Origin: a virus
Taxonomy: Duplodnaviria; Caudoviricetes
Strand: one strand, 5' to 3'
Virus record (IMG/VR): IMGVR_UViG_3300020045_002604
Coordinates: 1 to 61,521 of that record
DNA: 61,521 bases
Of this stretch, positions 20,310 to 26,802 are shown in pieces (the stretch's first letter is position 1; each line of letters starts with the position of its first letter). The notes beneath the pieces are model-generated. The model worked only from the letters and a program-made list of their open reading frames with translations, did not search any database and was not told the DNA's origin. The position numbers and the translations under genes were made by a program.

Positions 20310-20420
20310 CTGAGGACAGTTTTAAGAGTTAACTCGCGTTGCTCTGAGCGTAGGGTGTACTCATCCTGTAGGCTTGTTAGTTGACCAGTAGCCTCACGCC
20401 GCTAGGGCGAAACTGTTTGA
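20310..20420 (-). ncRNA. Putative small structured RNA
   Basis: Closing stem ACAGTTT/AAACTGT with internal hairpins; upstream TGTGG-TATGAT promoter-like site (~20433-20443). Confidence 0.35.
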
Positions 20421-20445
20421 TGTTGTGATAACATCATACCACATT

Positions 20446-20643
20446 TTACAGCGGCGTGTCAACCCCCAGCTTGCCAGCGATCTGTTCCAGTAGCGCTACA
20501 GTGTGCAGTCCTAGCACCACCTGGGTGCTGAGCAGTACATTCTGTGCGGCCTCGCTATGCCCCTCAAGCTCTAGCTCTCGGCTGACGCGTAGACCTTCCT
20601 TAACAAGTTCGCCTAGGCTCTTGGTGTTTTCTGTGTCGGGCAT
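20446..20643 (-). CDS. Hypothetical protein
   Basis: Coupled to upstream gene (TAATG). Confidence 0.65.
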   Translation of the reverse strand: MPDTENTKSLGELVKEGLRVSRELELEGHSEAAQNVLLSTQVVLGLHTVALLEQIAGKLGVDTPL

Positions 20644-21548
20644 TAGCTTGCTTTCCTAGTGTCGAGCGCAGACTGTAGGGGCTTGTTGCCTCGTGACCAG
20701 CCTCCGCAGTTGTCGCACGAAAATAGTTCGTATTCCTGTACGAATGTGTATGTATTGGTGCCGCTCTTTGTGAGAGATTCGTGTGCGCAGTAAGGGCAGT
20801 CGCCACCTTCCGTGGAGAACATACCCATGTGGGGGACGTTCGTGAGCCACGGCAACAGTCGCACGTACAGCCGCTCTGTCAGCCGCACGTCGCCCTCGTT
20901 GTACTCGCGCATCTTGGCCCACGCCTCAGGGTCACCGCCCATGCAGTCGATCCATAGCTGGAACCCCGCGTGCTCAACCTTGGCGCCCACTCCGGTAGCC
21001 TGGGCGATGTAGTCCAGCTTCCTGCTGGGTAGATCGAACCTGGCTCGGTTGGTCTTGAACAGGTCGATACTACGGAACGGCTTTGGCGGGGCCAGCCCGG
21101 CCTGTAGGAACTCGTTGTTGAGTCGCTTAACATCGTAGCGATCACCGTTGTAGGTGATCACAACGTCGGCCCGGCTGAGCAGGTCGTGGGCCGCCCTGAC
21201 CGTCGCCGCGTGTCCGTTGTCGTAATCGCTGTAGTACAGCACTTCGTCATCGCCTAGCCACTTGGCGGCGAAGCACATCATGCCGCCTGGGTCGATCAGC
21301 ATACTGTCTGGAATCCAGTCGGCTTTCTTCGACCACACGTACGCCTGCATGGGCTTGGACTCAATGTCGATTGTCAGAACCCGCGCGCGTGGTAGCACAA
21401 TATCGGCGTGGGCGGTAGGGGCGGCGTCGCCGTAATAAAGCTTACGATACTTGTTCACTGAGGTCTTACCGGTCAGGAGGATACGAGCGGCTTCGCGGCT
21501 ACTCACGTGCGCCGTAGCGTCGATTTGTTCTCGTGTTAGAAATGCCAT
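20643..21548 (-). CDS. DnaQ/RNase H-like (DEDDy) exonuclease with N-terminal HTH and C-terminal Zn ribbon
   Basis: IDIE, YNGDRYD, SRKLDYIA, YNEGDV; CPYC...CDNCG. Confidence 0.85.
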   Translation of the reverse strand: MAFLTREQIDATAHVSSREAARILLTGKTSVNKYRKLYYGDAAPTAHADIVLPRARVLTIDIESKPMQAYVWSKKADWIPDSMLIDPGGMMCFAAKWLGDDEVLYYSDYDNGHAATVRAAHDLLSRADVVITYNGDRYDVKRLNNEFLQAGLAPPKPFRSIDLFKTNRARFDLPSRKLDYIAQATGVGAKVEHAGFQLWIDCMGGDPEAWAKMREYNEGDVRLTERLYVRLLPWLTNVPHMGMFSTEGGDCPYCAHESLTKSGTNTYTFVQEYELFSCDNCGGWSRGNKPLQSALDTRKAS

Positions 21549-21554
21549 TCTACC

Positions 21555-21583
21555 ATCCTAGCATACGAAAAAGGCCCCGTCAA
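21555..21583 (-). promoter_or_regulatory. SigA-type promoter, leaderless; overlaps NrdH terminator hairpin
   Basis: TTGACG-17-TAGGAT, ATG 6 nt downstream. Confidence 0.75.
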
Positions 21584-21596
21584 GGGGCCTTAATCA

Positions 21597-21818
21597 TTAA
21601 AGAGCTGTGATCAGATCAGGTCTAAAACCTGACCAATGTGAGCCATCCGGCGCCACAACCACAGGAGCTTGCAAGTACCCAAGCTCTTTCGTGATGAAAT
21701 CGTATGCCTCACGGTTCTCCGAGATATCGGTGACGTTGTACGGCGTGCCTTGCTTATCTAGCACCTTGTATGTCATTTCGCACTGCACACATGAGGGCTT
21801 TGAAAAAACCTGTACCAA
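21597..21818 (-). CDS. nrdH: NrdH-like glutaredoxin
   Basis: KPSCVQC, GYLQAPVV, HWSGFRPD; likely TTG start after RBS GAAAGG. Confidence 0.9.
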   Translation of the reverse strand: MVQVFSKPSCVQCEMTYKVLDKQGTPYNVTDISENREAYDFITKELGYLQAPVVVAPDGSHWSGFRPDLITAL

Positions 21819-21918
21819 GCTTATTAACCTTTCGATGGGATGACGAATCCCCGGCTCAGATTGTGTCATGAACCGGGGATTCGTTGGGGCTATGTACCTA
21901 TATCAGTATAGCATAGAT

Positions 21919-21997
21919 CGGTAGCCACGGGAGGATTTGAACCTACCTGTCTTCGACGTATCAGATCGACGCTTATACCGGAATTAGCATCGTGGCT
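21919..21997 (-). tRNA. tRNA-Ile(GAT)
   Basis: TCGAT-CT GAT AC-GTCGA; acceptor AGCCACG/CGTGGCT. Confidence 0.8.
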
Positions 21998-21998
21998 A

Positions 21999-22067
21999 TG
22001 GTCCCCCTGCCAGGATTCGAACCCGGACCCGTAGGCTTAGAACACCCTAGGTGATCCATCCAGAGGG
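21999..22067 (-). tRNA. tRNA-Arg(TCT), truncated D-arm
   Basis: T-arm CCGGG TTCGAAT CCTGG, loop GT TCT AA, CCA end; D region only ~11 nt. Confidence 0.6.
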
Positions 22068-22074
22068 ACAGTAT

Positions 22075-22455
22075 TTAGTTGGCGTAATCGAACGGAGAGA
22101 CAGTACCGTCTAGGTAGTGAATGTAACCCTCGTGATCCTTGGCCCACTTGTAGTCACCGTAGACGCTCTCGCGCTCAAGCGGCGTGATCACTCCGTCTAC
22201 GATCAGACGACCATAGACGCTGGGCGACTCCGATCCCGAGCCCCACGCCTCCGACCAACGAGAGCCACAGCACTCGCAGTCACGGCTGTAGTTACCGTCC
22301 TCGTCGTAGCTGTCGAAGTACAGACCGATGCGCTCGGCGCGGTCATTGGCCTCTTCGGCGCTGCCTGCTTCGATGATGACGTAGGGACCGATACCGTCAA
22401 CAGCGTCTTCGAGGAAGAAGCCGCCGCTGTTGTTCTGGTGGAACTCATAAAACAT
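22075..22455 (-). CDS. Hypothetical phage protein
   Basis: FYEFHQNNSGG...DCECCGSRW; RBS AGGAG. Confidence 0.75.
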   Translation of the reverse strand: MFYEFHQNNSGGFFLEDAVDGIGPYVIIEAGSAEEANDRAERIGLYFDSYDEDGNYSRDCECCGSRWSEAWGSGSESPSVYGRLIVDGVITPLERESVYGDYKWAKDHEGYIHYLDGTVSPFDYAN

Positions 22456-22486
22456 GATCTACTCCTAGTTATTTTGTACGGTTAAG

Positions 22487-22560
22487 TGGACGTACCTACT
22501 GGATTCGAACCAGCGTGCGCGGGGTTGCAATCCGCTACCTAGCCTCTCGGTCAAGGTACG
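22487..22560 (-). tRNA. tRNA-Cys(GCA)
   Basis: Loop TT GCA AC; U73 and CCA. Confidence 0.9.
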
Positions 22561-22561
22561 G

Positions 22562-22636
22562 TGGTGGGTGCGGCAGGTAACGATCCCGCCTCCCAAGATT
22601 AAAAGTCAAGTGCTAATCCTTCTCAGCTACACACCC
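22562..22636 (-). tRNA. tRNA-Lys(TTT)
   Basis: Loop CT TTT AA; T-loop ATCGTTA; CCA. Confidence 0.85.
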
Positions 22637-22645
22637 AAAAATAAA

Positions 22646-22719
22646 TGGCTCACAGACCTGGATTCGAACCAAGGCGAACTGATTCAGAGTCAGTCATGCT
22701 ACCGTTACATCATCCGTGA
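22646..22719 (-). tRNA. tRNA-Gln(CTG)
   Basis: ACTGA-CT CTG AA-TCAGT; CCA. Confidence 0.92.
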
Positions 22720-22720
22720 G

Positions 22721-22792
22721 CGCCCCATCCGGGATTCGAACCCAGAATTTCACCTTCGTAGGGTGTTAGTTTATCCGTTAGCTTAACGGGGC
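22721..22792 (-). tRNA. tRNA-Arg(ACG)
   Basis: CACC-CT ACG AA-GGTG. Confidence 0.9.
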
Positions 22793-23074
22793 CTAATCCG
22801 CACAGTGTTCACAGCCTGCGCAACGCTGTTTATGTGTTCTGTCTCTGTGACAATTAGCGCAAACTAAGTCACACTTCATGCTTTCTTTTAGCTGTCTTTC
22901 GTAGGAAATAGACGAGCCTTCCCCTAGCCCAAACGCTTTCTGTGTCGGGTCGCGGTGATCGAAGTCCATTTGCCAGGGTTTGCCCGCCAGTACACAATCT
23001 ACGCAAGCGCTACCATGCGCCTCGATTAATTTTACCTTTGTGCGTTGTCTCCACGCAGTTACCGGGTGCGTCAT
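22793..23074 (-). CDS. HNH endonuclease
   Basis: CVDC...MDFDH...CDLVCANCHRDRT. Confidence 0.85.
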   Translation of the reverse strand: MTHPVTAWRQRTKVKLIEAHGSACVDCVLAGKPWQMDFDHRDPTQKAFGLGEGSSISYERQLKESMKCDLVCANCHRDRTHKQRCAGCEHCAD

Positions 23075-23075
23075 G

Positions 23076-23146
23076 CTCTCCCCCTTGGAATCGAACCAAG
23101 CCCTGATGGTTAACGGCCACCTGCTCCGCCTTGGAGCTGAAGGAGA
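23076..23146 (-). tRNA. tRNA-Asn(GTT)
   Basis: GGTGG-CC GTT AA-CCATC. Confidence 0.85.
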
Positions 23147-23224
23147 ATAACCTCACACACTACCGCCGTGCTACTGAGGAATAAGTGAGGGTTCCTACTC
23201 TCTTCGTGTCACCCACAACCACTG

Positions 23225-23291
23225 TCCTCCCACTAGGAATCGAACCTAGCCTGCAACCGTGTAAAGGTCGCGCCCGCCCAACGACAGGAGG
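23225..23291 (-). tRNA. tRNA-Val(TAC), truncated D-arm
   Basis: GCGACC-TT TAC AC-GGTTGC; T-arm CTAGG TTCGATT CCTAG; D region ~11 nt. Confidence 0.7.
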
Positions 23292-23366
23292 TTACATAGT
23301 GGCCGATACTACCGGTTACCATTTCGGGATACGCTGTACCTGTTATCTAATGGAAGGCCACCACAG

Positions 23367-23440
23367 TGCCGACGACAGGAATCGAACCCGCATACTCCAT
23401 ATTACAAGTATGGTGCTAAACCAGTATTAGCTACATCGGC
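23367..23440 (-). tRNA. tRNA-Thr(TGT)
   Basis: CCATA-CT TGT AA-TATGG. Confidence 0.92.
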
Positions 23441-23453
23441 GTGTATTTAATTG

Positions 23454-23723
23454 TTACTTTCTACGCTTAGGATCATACAGCACTTCATCGAAGATTGCAA
23501 GGTGCTTCTTGTTGAAGCTGTACATTTGCATTCCCTGTCGCGCCGTCCACCCGTACCCTGGCAGGTTGTCCGTCAGCGTTGTGCGGGGTATGCCCGTTGT
23601 GTAGGAGACTTCGCGGTAGCTCGCGCCGTCCTCAAGCAAGGACTTGGCGAACTCCCAACCCTTATCTGTGTAGTTGTGTGTCTTCGGACGACCCGTAGGG
23701 CGACCTGTCTTTACGTATCCCAT
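23454..23723 (-). CDS. HTH DNA-binding protein
   Basis: GRPTGRPK arm plus LLEDGASYREVSYTTGIPRTTL helix-turn-helix. Confidence 0.75.
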   Translation of the reverse strand: MGYVKTGRPTGRPKTHNYTDKGWEFAKSLLEDGASYREVSYTTGIPRTTLTDNLPGYGWTARQGMQMYSFNKKHLAIFDEVLYDPKRRK

Positions 23724-23724
23724 G

Positions 23725-23798
23725 TGCGGCACGGGAGATTCGAACTCCCACTAAATCGTTGGCAACGACTTGTGCTAACCGTTAAACACTAGTACCAC
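23725..23798 (-). tRNA. tRNA-Gly(GCC)
   Basis: AGTCG-TT GCC AA-CGATT. Confidence 0.9.
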
Positions 23799-23799
23799 G

Positions 23800-23874
23800 T
23801 GCGGTAACAGAGACTCGAACTCTGCCTTTCAGTTTGGAAGACTGACGTGCTAATACCACTAACACTACTACCAC
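23800..23874 (-). tRNA. tRNA-Gly(TCC)
   Basis: TCAGT-CT TCC AA-ACTGA. Confidence 0.9.
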
Positions 23875-23875
23875 G

Positions 23876-23947
23876 TGCCCCCGGTAGGTAACGATCCCAC
23901 GTCTACAGGTTAAGAGCCAGTTGCTAATCCATCTCAGCTACGGAGGC
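23876..23947 (-). tRNA. tRNA-Lys(CTT)
   Basis: Loop CT CTT AA; T-loop ATCGTTA. Confidence 0.85.
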
Positions 23948-24027
23948 ATGTGTGGGCCGACCAACTCCCACCGAGTATTTCTACCCTGCGTTTTCCTCCT
24001 AATAACCGAGGTTTGAGGTCGAGTGCG

Positions 24028-24112
24028 CGGAAAGTGGGAGAGTCGAACTCCATACCTTGCGGTACGATCTGTTTAGCAAACAGGCCAGGGCACCAACCCT
24101 GTTCTACCTTCC
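24028..24112 (-). tRNA. tRNA-Ser(GCT)
   Basis: CTGT-TT GCT AA-ACAG; long variable arm TACC GCAA GGTA; G73. Confidence 0.88.
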
Positions 24113-24207
24113 AAGTTTTGAGTACCCGCGCGTGGACAATAAAGTGCTCGCTTCTTCGCCCGTAGTCTAACGACTGTGCGCGGGTACCCAAGTTTTTAGT
24201 TATTAAG

Positions 24208-24290
24208 CGGCGAGTGCAGGATTCGAACCCGCACGACCCAGGAGGTCATCAAGCTTTTCAAGAGCCATAAGTACGCCAATACGACTCGCC
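24208..24290 (-). tRNA. tRNA-Ser(TGA)
   Basis: Loop CT TGA AA; long variable arm; short D-arm. Confidence 0.75.
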
Positions 24291-24355
24291 AAATGGTTAG
24301 AGGCCCGATACTTGTAAGTACCGGGCCTCTGCCAACCAACACAGAAAGGAGGAAT

Positions 24356-24418
24356 TTAACCCAGCACAAAGGCCCCGACGTTATTGCCGGTGCGCTTCGA
24401 CTGGATCGTGATGAACAT
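24356..24418 (-). CDS. Putative leaderless 20-aa peptide MFITIQSKRTGNNVGAFVLG
   Basis: ATG 6 nt after consensus -10. Confidence 0.45.
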   Translation of the reverse strand: MFITIQSKRTGNNVGAFVLG

Positions 24419-24424
24419 ACTGTT

Positions 24425-24453
24425 ATTCTAGCACAACTTTGACGGTTTGTCAA
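24425..24453 (-). promoter_or_regulatory. SigA-type promoter
   Basis: TTGACA-17-TAGAAT with TG extension. Confidence 0.85.
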
Positions 24454-24463
24454 CAGTTAACTG

Positions 24464-24544
24464 TAGCCCCGGAGAGATTTGAACTCTCAATCCTTTCGGC
24501 ACCAGTTTCTAAGACTGGCGTGTATACCGTTCCACCACGGAGCC
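24464..24544 (-). tRNA. tRNA-Leu(TAG)
   Basis: CCAGT-CT TAG AA-ACTGG; variable arm CC GAAA GG. Confidence 0.92.
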
Positions 24545-24545
24545 G

Positions 24546-24619
24546 TACGCGGGGAGGGATTCGAACCCTCACACCCAAGCTTTTGAGGCCCGGAGGTATA
24601 CCGTTCCCATCACCCGCGC
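24546..24619 (-). tRNA. tRNA-Leu(CAA), short variable loop
   Basis: CGGGC-CT CAA AA-GCTTG; Leu-type D loop GGTATAC; A73. Confidence 0.8.
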
Positions 24620-24630
24620 GTATTAAATTG

Positions 24631-24792
24631 TTAGGAGGGTAGCCCCTCCGTCATCACACGGAACTTCGTGCGACGCTTGCGACCCAGCCACTTGGCACCC
24701 ATCTGGGCTGTCTCCCGCGCGCTGTACAAGAACGGTGATCCGTCCCGCATGAGTGCAGTCTGGCGAGTCTTGATGTCGATGAGATAGTACAT
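24631..24792 (-). CDS. Small basic hypothetical protein
   Basis: MYYLIDIK... after purine-rich RBS. Confidence 0.55.
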   Translation of the reverse strand: MYYLIDIKTRQTALMRDGSPFLYSARETAQMGAKWLGRKRRTKFRVMTEGLPS

Positions 24793-24889
24793 GGTACTCT
24801 CTTTCTTGTTGGCGAGTGGTTTCGGCTGGTAACGATCCAGCAACTCCGGGACTTCAATCCAGCGTGTATCCATTAACACTTCAAAACCG

Positions 24890-24964
24890 TGGTGGGAGCA
24901 CTTAGGGTCGAACTAAGCTACCGTTGTTTTACAGACAAGTTGCGCACCCCGCGCACTTACTCCC
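24890..24964 (-). tRNA. tRNA-Tyr(GTA), short variable loop
   Basis: TTGT-CT GTA AA-ACAA; acceptor GGGAGTA/TGCTCCC, A73, CCA. Confidence 0.8.
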
Positions 24965-24965
24965 G

Positions 24966-25038
24966 TACTCCCAAGGGGATTCGAACCCCTGCCACCCGGT
25001 GTGAAAAACCGGCATCCTAACCACTAGACCATGAGAGC
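24966..25038 (-). tRNA. tRNA-Glu(TTC)
   Basis: CCGGT-TT TTC AC-ACCGG. Confidence 0.92.
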
Positions 25039-25170
25039 GTACAACCGGTAGCATACTCTTCTGGCTTACGATCCAGTACCCTTTGCTATGAAATGGAAGA
25101 ACGCCCTCGGTTGTCCGACGTTCCGACTCTGAGTGGTATACCTTGCGGCAGTGACGATACTCAGCCCGCG

Positions 25171-25241
25171 TACTCCGTAGGGGTTTCGATCCCCTGACAA
25201 TAGGTTGAGAACCTAACGTGTTGCCATTACACCAACGGAGC
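25171..25241 (-). tRNA. tRNA-Glu(CTC)
   Basis: TAGG-TT CTC AA-CCTA; T-loop ATCGAAA. Confidence 0.85.
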
Positions 25242-25297
25242 ATAAGAATGAAAACCCTGCAGCTTTAGGCCCGTTTCAGGGGCGATCTTCATTCTAG

Positions 25298-25369
25298 CGA
25301 ACCTAACGGGTTACGATCCCGCTTCCTTCCGGCTGACAACCGGGCGCTTATCCATTCAGCTTTAGGTCC
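25298..25369 (-). tRNA. tRNA-Asp(GTC)
   Basis: CCGG-TT GTC AG-CCGG; T-loop ATCGTAA. Confidence 0.85.
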
Positions 25370-25373
25370 AAGA

Positions 25374-25460
25374 TGCAGTTGTCGGAGAATTTCACGTCCG
25401 AATCGAAGCGGTTCTACCGGCAGGGCCGGGTCCGTGACGCTCTTATTGAGCTACAACTGC
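25374..25460 (-). ncRNA. Rearranged tRNA-like RNA
   Basis: Acceptor GCAGTTG/CAACTGC-A and D-arm GCTC/GAGC intact; anticodon and T regions non-canonical. Confidence 0.6.
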
Positions 25461-25463
25461 AAG

Positions 25464-25541
25464 TGGGGTGAACGACGGGAATCGAACCCGCGACGGACTG
25501 ACTCACAATCAGGCTGAACTGCCAGCAGTTCCCCGTTCAAC
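25464..25541 (-). tRNA. tRNA-His(GTG)
   Basis: CTGA-TT GTG AG-TCAG; G-1, C73, CCA; 6-bp D stem. Confidence 0.85.
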
Positions 25542-25542
25542 G

Positions 25543-25617
25543 TCTAGGTGGCAGGATTCGAACCTGCGGCCTTAAGCTTCCAAAGCAAACACTCTGACCA
25601 AACTGAGCTACACCTAG
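25543..25617 (-). tRNA. tRNA-Pro(TGG)
   Basis: Loop TT TGG AA; C1-G72, A73. Confidence 0.88.
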
Positions 25618-25765
25618 TTATGTGGATACCCTAACAGTTAGCACCGTATGTACGGCCTGTGTCTTGGGATTGTGACTCACGCCCCCGCAAGGTTTCTGGT
25701 CTGGTATCCTCTGCCTCCCACCTCGCAAACCTTTTTCGGTGGGCTGTGCTATTTAGTTTTTAAAG

Positions 25766-25841
25766 TTGCCGGGGAGGGATTCGAACCCTCGATTTCGAGA
25801 TTATGAGACTCGCGTCGTAGACCTAGCTGGACCACCCGACA
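25766..25841 (-). tRNA. tRNA-Met(CAT)
   Basis: CGAG(T)-CT CAT AA-(T)CTCG; initiator vs elongator vs Ile2 not resolved. Confidence 0.85.
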
Positions 25842-25844
25842 ATA

Positions 25845-26583
25845 CCGTGTAGGGGCTGAGAGTACACCCTACAATGGCAAGCTTTCGTTGGATTATTTGT
25901 TCCCAACTTCTCCACAGTATCCCTACTGTACTTACCGCGCCTGGTGGATTTTACGGGGCACCACCCCAGAATCAGAAAGCTACTCCACAGGTTTGACTTC
26001 GTAAAGGGACCGCTAAACCCCTAAACTGCACTACTCCCTTATGAACTACCTTGGCCTTGCGAGCTTCCAGTAGCCTCAGTTCCCGTGTTAGGGCTGAGGA
26101 TTAAGACGCTTTCACTCTCTGACGGAACAGGCTTTCGCTTGTATTTTGAAATACCATTTTCAATATGGAGCACCCTATAACCCAGGTGCGGGGCATGACA
26201 GAGGACGTGCTGTTCCATGAAGTTCCGTAGGCTTTTGACCCACAGTATGCTTCACGCCCTCATGCTTTCGTTGGCGACTACTCACACTCTCCGCTACTTT
26301 CCGAACTGCCGTCCGTGCCGTAGTTTCATGGTGACCGCCCTAGTTTGCCGACTCGGACTTATCACCCTGCGTTGAATACTCAGGCTTACTAGATGCCAGT
26401 CTATGCCTAGACTCGCTCCACCGGTTGGCCCTGCGATTTACACTTCGCTCACCTGAGTAGTGACCGTTACGATCACTTAATCATTGCATTGCGTAGTTTA
26501 CCCTTGCGGGCGGAAGCTTTGTCGAACTTCCTTTCACCAACTCACGTTGGCTTATGGGCTACGCCCCAACACATTGCTGTGTC
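25845..26583 (-). ncRNA. Large structured ncRNA, GOLLD-like
   Basis: ~740 nt with no ORF >=60 aa, between tRNA-Ala and tRNA-Met; many GNRA-capped hairpins and AGUA/GAA motifs; 3' hairpin TGTAGGG-TGTACTCTCAG-CCCCTACA; size and context fit GOLLD. Confidence 0.7.
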
Positions 26584-26584
26584 G

Positions 26585-26657
26585 TGGACCCACGGGGACT
26601 TGAACCCCGCGCCTTCTGCTTGCAAAACAGATGCTCTACCGGATGAGCTATAGGCCC
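26585..26657 (-). tRNA. tRNA-Ala(TGC)
   Basis: TCTGT-TT TGC AA-GCAGA; G3:U70. Confidence 0.93.
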
Positions 26658-26672
26658 GTATTTACTTTGTAC

Positions 26673-26701
26673 ATATTAGCAGAGGCCGGATACTTTGTCA
26701 A
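26673..26701 (-). promoter_or_regulatory. SigA-type promoter of tRNA/ncRNA array
   Basis: TTGACA-17-TAATAT just upstream of tRNA-Ala. Confidence 0.85.
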
Positions 26702-26735
26702 GTACCCGGCCTCTACTTAGATGTAGTAGATGGTT

Positions 26736-26795
26736 TTAGGTACACGAATCAGCGGCATCCTCGAATGCCGGGTAGAGTTCGTGTGTCTTAGTCAT
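26736..26795 (-). CDS. Putative leaderless 19-aa peptide MTKTHELYPAFEDAADSCT
   Basis: ATG 7 nt after consensus -10. Confidence 0.4.
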   Translation of the reverse strand: MTKTHELYPAFEDAADSCT

Positions 26796-26802
26796 GTGTA
26801 CT

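Noticed and set aside
20309-20414. Hammerhead ribozyme (CTGAGGA...GAAA on + strand)
   Set aside because: Stem II cannot form between the two core motifs
21999-22067. Amber suppressor (CTA) reading of this tRNA
   Set aside because: That register gives a poorly paired stem; TCT with A37/A38 fits better
24546-24619. Selenocysteine/opal (TCA) tRNA
   Set aside because: The 7-nt loop is CTCAAAA (CAA); Leu-type D loop; no long arm
25845-26583. tmRNA, RNase P or rRNA fragment
   Set aside because: No tRNA-Ala-like ends or tag ORF, no RNase P P4 signature, size does not fit
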